Part shown: positions 40,145 to 47,967 of the stretch, piece by piece
Numbering within the stretch: position 1 is the first letter of the stretch
Layout of the letters: the number at the start of each line of letters is the position of its first letter
The notes under the pieces: generated by a model
Seen by the model: the letters and a program-made list of their open reading frames with translations, nothing else
Told to the model about the DNA's origin: nothing
Databases searched by the model: none
Program-made: the position numbers and the translations under genes
NCBI GenBank assembly: GCA_036403515.1
Contig: DASWQV010000093.1
Location: forward strand, 33,366 to 97,365
Direction: 5' to 3'
DNA: 64,000 nt
From: Solirubrobacterales bacterium
Lineage (GTDB): Bacteria > Actinomycetota > Thermoleophilia > Solirubrobacterales > 70-9

Positions 40145-41481
40145 GCCGCTGATTCTTTCAGCCGCCGGGCAAGATCGGCCGCAGGCTCGAACACGTGCTT
40201 GCGGCCCTTGCGCCGTTGAACAAGAAGCCCCCTCTCGACGAGACGACGCAGATCGGCGCGGGCGGTCTCGTGAGTTACTCGGTGGCTCTTCGAGTGGCTG
40301 ACGAAGGTGTGCGTGGCATCTGGGTGGCGAACGGCATCCGTTAGGAGAGCGAGCTGCCGGCCGTTGAGGTCGTCGGTGCCTTGAAGCAGCTTCTCGACGT
40401 CCCTTACCTCGGCGACCTTTCTCTTCAGATAAATATGAAGGTCGTCAATTGCCCGCTCGATCACCTTTAGCTGGTGAATGAGGAAATAGGTCGTGTCGCC
40501 ACCGTCCGTCTCGGTTTCCATAAACGACTTCGCATATTTGGCCGGGGCGTCGCGAATGAAGCGGGAGATCGGGAGGTACTCCGCCAGCCAGTAGTCGCGA
40601 GATTGCATCGCCCAAAAGAAGAGGATTCGAGCCGTTCTTCCGTTTCCGTCTTCGAACGGATGATCGTAGGCCAGCCAGAAATGCAGCAGTATCGCTCTCA
40701 GCACAGGATGGACGAACGGGTCGCCTCCGTCACCCTCGTTGGCGAATTGGCAGAGAAGCTCCAGTCGTTCTGGCAGTTGCTCGGCAGGCGGTGGAATGTG
40801 GATCGGGCGGCCGTCGTCACGGTCGAAGACGGCTACCCTTGGCTCGTCGGGCCGTTGGACGCGTCCTGCCGCCGAGGGGTCGTCGAGTGTTCCCTCAGTG
40901 ATGATCCGATGCAGTTCCAAGATCGAATCCGAGGTCAGTTCGGAGTCCATTTCCTCGCGCATGAACTGCAGGGCGCGGTAGTTGTTGACGATCATTCGCT
41001 CACTGCGATCTTGGGGCTCTCGCCCACTGCGTAGCAGCTCCTTTGCAACCAAACGAGACGTGGTTGCCCCCTCGAGCTGGCTGGAGCGGATCGCCTCCTC
41101 CATCAGCGAATTGACCAGAAAACGAGTGCCGGCCTCCCGTTCGGATGTGACGACCTCGTCCATGGCAACCTCGCCGCTGCAGCGCTGATCGATGTGATGG
41201 AGATGTCGAAGCACCGCATCTGGGAGCGTGTAGCCGAAGGGCTTGCCATTGGGATCGACGAGCGGTAGCCGGCGGAAGTCGTCGTTTCGAGCCATCTTGA
41301 GCTTCAGCCACCACTGCTCGCTAGTCAGGCCATCGGGTGGATTGAGCCGCCTCAGCTTGTCCCAATGCAGATATCTGTCACGCGGCAGGACGTCGGCGGG
41401 CGCCGTGAACGCGGCAACCGCGGCGGTCGGTTCGAGCTTCCCGATCAGATCGTGAATCGAGGGGGCCTCGGCTACATACAT
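40141..41481 (-). CDS. class II Fic-family protein (AMPylase-type active site) with C-terminal winged helix
   Basis: Canonical HPFEDGNGRTAR Fic motif. N-terminal SSQLEG fits the inhibitory (S/T)xxxE(G/N) helix. Basic wHTH-like C-terminus. Confidence 0.88.
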   Translation of the reverse strand: MYVAEAPSIHDLIGKLEPTAAVAAFTAPADVLPRDRYLHWDKLRRLNPPDGLTSEQWWLKLKMARNDDFRRLPLVDPNGKPFGYTLPDAVLRHLHHIDQRCSGEVAMDEVVTSEREAGTRFLVNSLMEEAIRSSQLEGATTSRLVAKELLRSGREPQDRSERMIVNNYRALQFMREEMDSELTSDSILELHRIITEGTLDDPSAAGRVQRPDEPRVAVFDRDDGRPIHIPPPAEQLPERLELLCQFANEGDGGDPFVHPVLRAILLHFWLAYDHPFEDGNGRTARILFFWAMQSRDYWLAEYLPISRFIRDAPAKYAKSFMETETDGGDTTYFLIHQLKVIERAIDDLHIYLKRKVAEVRDVEKLLQGTDDLNGRQLALLTDAVRHPDATHTFVSHSKSHRVTHETARADLRRLVERGLLVQRRKGRKHVFEPAADLARRLKESAA

Positions 41482-41483
41482 GC

Positions 41484-41564
41484 CAACTCCAAATCAACTC
41501 CAAGTTTCTCCAAGATTTGGAACTGTAGCAACTCCAAATCAACTCCAAGTTTCTCCAAATTTGG
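41484..41564. repeat. tandem 45-bp direct repeat (2 units) with phased CTCCAA iterons in the Fic upstream region
   Basis: CAACTCCAAATCAACTCCAAGTTTCTCCAA(G)ATTTGG occurs at 41484-41520 and 41529-41564. Each unit has three CTCCAA motifs spaced 11 bp apart, and the region is A/T-rich. Confidence 0.85.
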
Positions 41565-41567
41565 GAG

Positions 41568-42383
41568 TTAGCTGCTTACACGGAGTTTTGCCAGCACAAC
41601 GGCGGCCAGAATACTGCGGTAGGCCGAGTAGGGCCACAACGCCCGGTCGCGCTCGACCAGGCCGATCAGGCGCTGGGAGGCGAGGGTCGAGGCGAAGGAC
41701 GCCCCTACGCCGATCGCCAGCGAGCGGCGTAGGGGCGGGGGGACGCCGCGCCGGCCGAGCCGGACGCCCTTGAGCGCCGTCGCGCCGACGATGATCGGCA
41801 GCGCGATCGTGCGCGAGAGCAGGTTTGCCTGGTCGCGCGAGAAGCGTCGCCAGCGCGCTGCCGCGAGGGTGATGCCGTTGCGGGAGACGCCTGGAGCGAG
41901 CGCTGCCGCCTGCGCCACGCCGAGCGCGAGCCCGTCAACAGCTCCGGCCTCGCCTCGGCCGCGCAGCTGTGGCCGGGTATCGCCGGCGAGCATCGCCGCC
42001 GCTCCGGCGAGCAGGCCGTAGGCGGTCGCCCGCGGCCCCCCAAGGCGGCGCTCGATCAACCGCTCGTACCTGTATCCGACGATCGCGGCGGGCAGAAAGG
42101 AAAGGGCCAGCACGACCGCGCCACGGGCGTCGAAGGCTCGCAGCTCTTCGACGATCAGCTTGCGTTGGCCGACGATCAGCGCCGCCGCCGCTCCGGCGTG
42201 CAGAGCGACCTCGAAGCTCTTGCGCACCTCTGGGTCGATCGCCTCCCAGTCCCACCCAGCCAGCCAGGGAACGAGGACGATATGGGCGGAGCTCGATACC
42301 GGCAGCAGCTCGGCCGGCCCCTGCACCAAGCCGAGCGCGATCGCCCGCTTTGCCGCGATGCTGGCTTCGGCCGCTGGGCTCAA
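41568..42383 (-). CDS. uppP: undecaprenyl-diphosphate phosphatase
   Basis: LVQGPAELLPVSSSAHI signature. TTG start chosen at 42383, forming a TTGA overlap with the dedA stop. The long ORF extension to 42527 is Arg/Gly-rich junk. Confidence 0.85.
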   Translation of the reverse strand: MSPAAEASIAAKRAIALGLVQGPAELLPVSSSAHIVLVPWLAGWDWEAIDPEVRKSFEVALHAGAAAALIVGQRKLIVEELRAFDARGAVVLALSFLPAAIVGYRYERLIERRLGGPRATAYGLLAGAAAMLAGDTRPQLRGRGEAGAVDGLALGVAQAAALAPGVSRNGITLAAARWRRFSRDQANLLSRTIALPIIVGATALKGVRLGRRGVPPPLRRSLAIGVGASFASTLASQRLIGLVERDRALWPYSAYRSILAAVVLAKLRVSS

Positions 42384-43066
42384 GCTCCGCTGGAGCCGGC
42401 CGGCTCGACGGCTGCCTTCTCGTCGCCGGAGTCCCCACCGCGGCGCCGTTTGACCACCGCGTAAGCGACGAGGCCGACGATTGCCGCCACCACCAGGTAG
42501 TCGAGGACCTGGAGATGGTGGCGCCACTGCTCCCAGTTGTCACCGACCGCACGGCCGATCAGCGCGAAGCCGACCACCCATGGGAGCGAACCGAGCGCGG
42601 TAAGCCAGGTGAAGCGCCAGAACGGCATCTTGGCGAGCCCGGCCGGCAGAGAGATGAAGGCGCGCACCAGCGGCAGCAGGCGGGCGAAGAAGACGGTCGC
42701 GTCGCCGTGGCGCTTGAACCAGCCGTCGACCCAGGCCAACCGCGCCGGGCTGATGTGGATCAGCTTGTTGCGCTCGAGGAGGTCGATGCGCCCGTAGTAG
42801 CCGATTGCGTAGGTCAGCCAGGAGCCGACCATGTTCCCGGCCAGCCCGGCCAGCGCGACCCCGATCAGCGTCTGATCGCCGTTGGAGACGTTGAAGCCGG
42901 CGAACAGCATCACGGCCTCGCTCGGGATTGGGATGCAGGCGCTGCCGGCGGCCATCAGAAGGAAAACACCTGCCAGCCCCGTGTCGTTGATCACGTTGAC
43001 GCAGAAATCGACGATCGGGCCGGTCAGGTCGGCGTAGAGAAGGGCGAGCGGCATCAGCGGGCACAT
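42380..43066 (-). CDS. dedA: DedA-family membrane protein
   Basis: IPIPSEAVMLFAGF, FFARLLPLVRAFISLPAG DedA/SNARE-associated motifs. Confidence 0.85.
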   Translation of the reverse strand: MCPLMPLALLYADLTGPIVDFCVNVINDTGLAGVFLLMAAGSACIPIPSEAVMLFAGFNVSNGDQTLIGVALAGLAGNMVGSWLTYAIGYYGRIDLLERNKLIHISPARLAWVDGWFKRHGDATVFFARLLPLVRAFISLPAGLAKMPFWRFTWLTALGSLPWVVGFALIGRAVGDNWEQWRHHLQVLDYLVVAAIVGLVAYAVVKRRRGGDSGDEKAAVEPAGSSGA

Positions 43067-43152
43067 CGTAGGGGTAGAGCCGGGTATAGGAGTTCAAGGC
43101 CCGCCCGGATGCGACTTTCGACCACCCACCGACTAAACTCGCCGAGCTTCCT

Positions 43153-45042
43153 ATGCACCGGTTGAACCATCCCGTCTATCGCAACCGGGTTCTCCAGATG
43201 GCGGCCGACGGACTTCTCGTCGCGCTTTCCTTCTATCTGGCGTTCCGCTTGCGCTTCCTCGACCAGAGCGGCCTGCCGCACCGCTACTGGATCCTCTTCG
43301 CGCAGTCGGTCGGCTTCGTCATCGTCGGCAAGCTGATCGTCTTCTCCGCCTTCGGGCTCTACCAGAAGTGGTGGCGCTACGTCAGCGGCCGTGACTTCCT
43401 GCTGATCGTCCGCGCCGTCACCGCCTCCAGCGCGATCCTCGTCGTCGCCTTCACGGTATTGCGGCCCTTTGCCCACAACCTGCCGCGCTCGGTTGCGGTG
43501 ATGGACTTCATCCTCACCCTGATGCTGATCGCCGGCGCCCGCTTGGCGGTGCGCTTGATCGTCGAGCGGCCGTCGCGCTCGGGCCGGCTCCCCAAGCACG
43601 AGGTGCTGGTGATCGGCGCCGGCTCGGGCGGCCAGATGGTCGTGCGTGAGCTGCAGCTCAACCCCGACCTCGGCGCCACCGCGATCGGCTTCGTCGACGA
43701 CGACCCACGCAAGCGGGGGATGCGCATGTCGGGGGGCCTGAAGGTGCTCGGCTCGACCAACCAGATCGCGAAAATCCTCGACGAGACCCATCCTGACGAG
43801 GTCGTGATCGCGATCCCCTCGGCGCCGGGGACGCTGCGCGCCAAGGTGGTCGCCGCCTGTCGCGAGCGTGAGATCCGCGTCCGCACCCTGCCGACGGTCT
43901 TCGAGCTGTTGCGCGGCGGCGTGCAGCTCAACAAGCAGCTGCGCGAGGTGCGGGTTGAGGACGTGCTCGGCCGCGACCCGATCGTCCGCGAGCTCGATCG
44001 CGTCGGCGCCTACCTGCGCGACCGCATAGTCCTCGTCACCGGCGCCGGCGGCTCGATCGGCTCCGAGCTCTGCCGCCAGATCGCCCAGGTCAAACCGCGG
44101 CTGCTGGTGATGCTCGATCACGCCGAGGACAACCTCTTCCAGATCGACCGCGAAATGGTCGAGGAGCGTCATTTCACCAACGTCGAGGCGGTGCTCGCCG
44201 ACTGCAAGGAGCCGGGCCGGATGCTCGAGACGATGCAGCGCTTCAAGCCCAGCGTTGTCTTCCACGCCGCCGCCTACAAGCACGTGCCCTTGATGGAGGC
44301 CAACCCCCTGGAGGCGGTTCGCAACAACGCGATCGCGACGCGGATCACCGCCGAGGCCGCCGCCGCCTCCGACGTCGAGCGCTTCGTCCTGATCTCCACC
44401 GACAAGGCGGTCAACCCGAAAACGGTGATGGGCGCCTCGAAGGCGATGGCCGAGTGGATCGTCGAGGCAGCAGGCGACAAACATCCGGGAACCCGCTTCG
44501 CCAGCGTCCGCTTCGGCAACGTGCTCGCCTCCTCTGGCAGCGTCGTGCCGATCTTCCGCAACCAGATCGAGCGCGGCGGCCCGGTCACGGTCACCCATCC
44601 CGAGATGACCCGCTACTTCATGACGATCCCCGAGGCGGTGCAGATGGTGATCCGTGCCGGCGACATCGGCGCCGGCAAGGGCGAGGTCTTCGTGCTCGAC
44701 ATGGGAGAGCCGGTGCGGATCGTCGACCTTGCCCACAACATGATTCGCCTCGCCGGCTATGAGCCGGAAACCGACATCGCGATCGAGTTCACCAAACCCC
44801 GGGCAGGGGAGAAGCTGCACGAGGAGCTCTTCGGCTTGGCCGAGAGCCAGCAGCCGACGGCGGCGAGGCGGATCCTCCGCGCCGTGCGCGAGACGCCGCT
44901 CGACCCGGAGTGGATCGAGGCGACGCTGAATTCGCTCGAGCACCTGGTCCTCGCCGGTGATGAGGCCAACCTGGCGCAGCGCGTGGTCGAGATGATTACC
45001 GCCCCGGGGGGCGACGCGGCGGCAGTCCTCTACGACGAGTAG
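43153..45042 (+). CDS. polysaccharide biosynthesis protein, membrane-bound NDP-sugar 4,6-dehydratase (CapD/PglF/WbpM-like)
   Basis: Four N-terminal TMs and two Rossmann segments (GAGSGG, VTGAGGSIGSEL). ISTDKAV and PRAGEK also match the CapD family. Confidence 0.88.
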   Translation: MHRLNHPVYRNRVLQMAADGLLVALSFYLAFRLRFLDQSGLPHRYWILFAQSVGFVIVGKLIVFSAFGLYQKWWRYVSGRDFLLIVRAVTASSAILVVAFTVLRPFAHNLPRSVAVMDFILTLMLIAGARLAVRLIVERPSRSGRLPKHEVLVIGAGSGGQMVVRELQLNPDLGATAIGFVDDDPRKRGMRMSGGLKVLGSTNQIAKILDETHPDEVVIAIPSAPGTLRAKVVAACREREIRVRTLPTVFELLRGGVQLNKQLREVRVEDVLGRDPIVRELDRVGAYLRDRIVLVTGAGGSIGSELCRQIAQVKPRLLVMLDHAEDNLFQIDREMVEERHFTNVEAVLADCKEPGRMLETMQRFKPSVVFHAAAYKHVPLMEANPLEAVRNNAIATRITAEAAAASDVERFVLISTDKAVNPKTVMGASKAMAEWIVEAAGDKHPGTRFASVRFGNVLASSGSVVPIFRNQIERGGPVTVTHPEMTRYFMTIPEAVQMVIRAGDIGAGKGEVFVLDMGEPVRIVDLAHNMIRLAGYEPETDIAIEFTKPRAGEKLHEELFGLAESQQPTAARRILRAVRETPLDPEWIEATLNSLEHLVLAGDEANLAQRVVEMITAPGGDAAAVLYDE

Positions 45043-45060
45043 CCTCTCGCAGCCCCCTCC

Positions 45061-45831
45061 GTGCAGCTGCTCGAACAAATCGGCGCCTTTGCAGGCCTGG
45101 CTGCGTTCATCGGCCTTGCCCTGCTTGCCATGCTCGCCTTCTCCCAGGCGCGCGATATCCGTCGCCTGCGCGAGTGGGCCGGCTCGGCGCCAGAGCGCGA
45201 TGCCGAGCGCAAGGAGTCGACCTCGGCGGTCGCGGCGAAGCGCGCCGAGGAGCTGCGTGAGCTCGAGCAGGCGCGGACGGCCGAGCGCGACGCGCTTGGC
45301 CAGCGTGAGGAGCGGCGCCGGCGCCGCGAGGCCGGTCTGCCCGAACTGACGAGGGGCGAACGCCTGCGCGAGTCCTTCTCCGGCTTCGGCTCGCGGCTCG
45401 CCGAGCCGCGCTACCTGGTCGCCATCTTCGTCGTCGTCGTGCTCGTCGCCGGGGGCGCCATCTACCTCGCTACCCAGGGCTCTGACAACGCCGACGGCAA
45501 GGACGGTCACGGCAGCTCCGCAGCGGTGCTGAAGCCGAGCGAGATCGAAGTCTCGGTCTTGAACGGGACCGCCGTGACGGGGCTCGCGGGAACCTACGGC
45601 GACAAGGTCGAGCGCAAGGGCTTCCAGCTCGGCGCGGTGACCAATAGCGCCAGGAGCTTCACCGACAGCGTCGTCATGTTCCGCCGCGGCAACGCGCCCG
45701 AGGCTCGCCGCGTCGCCTCCGTGCTGGGGATCTCGGATGTGCGGCTGATGAGCGCCGACATCGCCTCGGTTTCCGGCGCCGCGCCGGTCGCGGTGATCGT
45801 CGGCGAGGACAATGCCCAGACCTCGGGGTGA
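45061..45831 (+). CDS. LytR_C domain-containing membrane protein
   Basis: N-terminal TM, a charged coiled segment, a second TM and C-terminal VSVLNGTAVTGLAG...VTN LytR_C-like domain. Confidence 0.7.
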   Translation: MQLLEQIGAFAGLAAFIGLALLAMLAFSQARDIRRLREWAGSAPERDAERKESTSAVAAKRAEELRELEQARTAERDALGQREERRRRREAGLPELTRGERLRESFSGFGSRLAEPRYLVAIFVVVVLVAGGAIYLATQGSDNADGKDGHGSSAAVLKPSEIEVSVLNGTAVTGLAGTYGDKVERKGFQLGAVTNSARSFTDSVVMFRRGNAPEARRVASVLGISDVRLMSADIASVSGAAPVAVIVGEDNAQTSG

Positions 45832-46327
45832 GGCCTGGGCCGCGCTGGTCTTCGCCCTCCTGGTCTTCGCCACGCTCGCCGCCTTCGCCTGGTCGCAGCG
45901 CCTGAAGCGCGATCCCCTCGTCCTCGACCGGGTCACCTTCGTTTCACGCTGGCAATCTCCGCGCCCAGGCGCAAAGCCCGTAACCGCCCGAGCCTTCACT
46001 CCCAATCGCGATTGTCTCTTCGACCGTGAGCGGATTCGATTCCGTGTCACCCAGTCGGATCACGCGACGGTGCAGGTCGTCAAGCCTGGCGGCAGGCTGA
46101 TCGTCACCCTCGCCCGTGACCAGTACCTGAAGCGCTATCACTTCTTCACCTTTTACTGGGATGGCCGCAGCCGCAACGACGGCAGCGCGGCGCCGGGCCG
46201 TTACAAGCTGCGGGTAAAGCTGTGGGATCAGGAACGGACGCTGGTTCCACCGGGCACGATCAAGCTGCACCACGCCAGGCGCAGCCCCGGGCACTGTCAG
46301 TCAAGAGTAGCCGGGAGCAAAGGTTGA
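45812..46327 (+). CDS. hypothetical membrane-anchored protein with Ig-like (FlgD-Ig-like) domain
   Basis: N-terminal TM, then a beta-rich segment ...WDGRSRNDGSAAPGRYKLRV typical of FlgD-Ig-like folds. Tentative. Confidence 0.45.
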   Translation: MPRPRGEAWAALVFALLVFATLAAFAWSQRLKRDPLVLDRVTFVSRWQSPRPGAKPVTARAFTPNRDCLFDRERIRFRVTQSDHATVQVVKPGGRLIVTLARDQYLKRYHFFTFYWDGRSRNDGSAAPGRYKLRVKLWDQERTLVPPGTIKLHHARRSPGHCQSRVAGSKG

Positions 46328-47958
46328 GCGACCTGCTTGCCGGTGCCGGTGTGGTGATCGCCGCCACAGCTGCCGCCGCTGTGATCCTGCTCCCAGCCGG
46401 CCGGATTCGATCGCTGGCAATGCTGATCGCGCTCGTTCTCTTTCCCGTCCTGATCCTCGGTGACCAATGGCACTCACACCAGATCGCCGACCTGCGGCAT
46501 CACACGCCGAGGTTGATCGCGCTGGGCGCCCTCGGCGTCACTGCGGCAGTGGCGCTCGCATACGCCTTCAAGCGCTGGCCGATCCTCTTGCCCCTGGCGA
46601 TCGTCGCCGCGCTGCCTTTTCGGGTGCCTTTGCATGCTGGGGGTGACACCGCGAACCTGCTGGTGCCGCTTTACCTGGTGATCGGCGGCGGGGTCCTCTC
46701 TGTGGCGTTTGGTGAGTGGCAGCAGCGTGGGGGGGTCGATCCGGGGGCTGGGTTTTTCGCCGGGCGCAGATCGCCTCTCGCTGAGTGGTCTCTGCGAAAA
46801 ACGGGACGCCGCCCCCGGATCGACCCCCCCACGCTGCTGCCATACGTCCTTGCCGGGTTCGTCCTTCTGTACGCGTTGCAGGCGCTTTATTCGCCTGATT
46901 TCTCCAAGGGTCTGCAGAACGTTTGTTTCTTCTTCGTGCCGTTCTCTCTGGTGTATGGGTTGCTTCGGGATGTCAGCTGGGACGGGAAGCTTCTTACCTT
47001 GGTCCTCTGGGTGGTTGGAGTGGAGGCGGTTTGCTTTGTCGTCGTCGGTTCGGTCGAGTGGGGGACTCGCAGCCTCTTCTGGAACGACCAGGTGATCCGA
47101 TCGAATGAATTCCACACTTATTTCCGAGTCAACTCGGTGTTTTGGGATCCGAATATCTACGGTCGCTACCTGGCGCTGGTTGCCGTGGTGGCGATGAGTG
47201 CGCTGTTGTGGGCGCGAGAGCGCAAATCGCTGATCTTGCTCTCGGCTCTGGTTTTCGTGCTCTGGCTTGGGCTGTTCCCGACCTTCTCGCAGTCGAGCTT
47301 CGCTGCGCTTCTCGCAGGGCTGGCCGTGCTCGCCGCTCTGAAGTGGAGCCTGCGCTGGACCCTAGTCGCGGTGGGAGCCTTTGCCGTTCTCGGCGTCCTC
47401 GTGGTCTTGTTCACAGGCGGGAGAGCCAGCTTGGATCGCATCAACATCGACACCAGCGGCAGAGCGAACCTCGTCTCCGGCGGCATCCACCTCTTCGCCC
47501 AGCGCCCGATCTACGGCTACGGATCGGGAAGCTTCCCCAAGGCCTACCGCGAGCACGTGGAGACTCACAAGGCTCCCGTCTCGGTCTCGCACACCGAGCC
47601 AATAACCGTTGCTGCCGAGCAGGGGCTCCTCGGCGTGGCCGCCTACATAGCTCTGGCCCTGACAGCCCTGTGGACGATGGCCGTCGGCTTGCGTCCCTCG
47701 CTGCTCTCCCTATCCGTGGCTCGCGTGGGTGGCGTGGGGGGAGGGGGGTCGAGGACGGATCGTGGCCCGCCCGCAGGCCCCCCTCCCCCCGCGACAGGAC
47801 CCGCGCGCCTGCAACCCATGGCCCGAGTGGCGATCCTCGCCACCTTCACAGCCCTAATCGTCCACACGATGGCCTACGCAGGCTTCTTCGAGGACCCGAT
47901 CACCTGGGTCCTGCTCGCCGCGGGCGTATCGCTGGCGGCCGCCAATCGGCCGGGCTAG
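46324..47958 (+). CDS. O-antigen ligase/polymerase-like (Wzy_C) membrane protein
   Basis: More than 10 TMs and a Wzy_C-like loop (GRANLVSGGIHLFAQRPIYGYGSGSF...HTEP). The TTG start overlaps the upstream stop (TTGA). Carries two in-frame palindromic inserts. Confidence 0.7.
   Translation: MSDLLAGAGVVIAATAAAAVILLPAGRIRSLAMLIALVLFPVLILGDQWHSHQIADLRHHTPRLIALGALGVTAAVALAYAFKRWPILLPLAIVAALPFRVPLHAGGDTANLLVPLYLVIGGGVLSVAFGEWQQRGGVDPGAGFFAGRRSPLAEWSLRKTGRRPRIDPPTLLPYVLAGFVLLYALQALYSPDFSKGLQNVCFFFVPFSLVYGLLRDVSWDGKLLTLVLWVVGVEAVCFVVVGSVEWGTRSLFWNDQVIRSNEFHTYFRVNSVFWDPNIYGRYLALVAVVAMSALLWARERKSLILLSALVFVLWLGLFPTFSQSSFAALLAGLAVLAALKWSLRWTLVAVGAFAVLGVLVVLFTGGRASLDRINIDTSGRANLVSGGIHLFAQRPIYGYGSGSFPKAYREHVETHKAPVSVSHTEPITVAAEQGLLGVAAYIALALTALWTMAVGLRPSLLSLSVARVGGVGGGGSRTDRGPPAGPPPPATGPARLQPMARVAILATFTALIVHTMAYAGFFEDPITWVLLAAGVSLAAANRPG
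46718..46841. repeat. Family-A-like palindromic element, copy A5, inside the Wzy-like CDS
   Basis: Perfect 31-bp inverted arms GGCAGCAGCGTGGGGGGGTCGATCCGGGGGC (46718-46748 and 46811-46841), with the inner TTTTTCG ... CGAAAAA core. Confidence 0.85.
47736..47790. repeat. G/C-tract inverted repeat inside the Wzy-like CDS
   Basis: GGGGGGAGGGGGG (47736-47748) and CCCCCCTCCCCCC (47778-47790), with a 29-nt spacer. Encodes the low-complexity segment GGVGGGGSRTDRGPPAGPPPPATGP. Confidence 0.8.
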
Positions 47959-47967
47959 GGTCAGCGC

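Noticed and set aside
41484-41564. Possible CRISPR array
   Set aside because: There are only two directly adjacent repeat units with an 8-nt spacer. There are no unique spacers of CRISPR length and no cas genes in the window.
40141-41570. Fic gene plus A/T-rich repeats as part of a prophage or integrative element
   Set aside because: No integrase, att-like direct repeats or other phage genes flank it. The flanking genes (purM, uppP) are housekeeping. Mobility is only speculative, so it is reported as a regulatory or coupling oddity instead.
41969-43165. 398-aa plus-strand ORF across uppP and dedA
   Set aside because: It lies antisense to two membrane-protein genes with clear signatures. It is Arg/Pro/Ala-rich low complexity.
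43054-46050. 998-aa minus-strand ORF
   Set aside because: It lies antisense to the CapD-like dehydratase and LytR_C genes. Low-complexity composition makes it a high-GC artefact.
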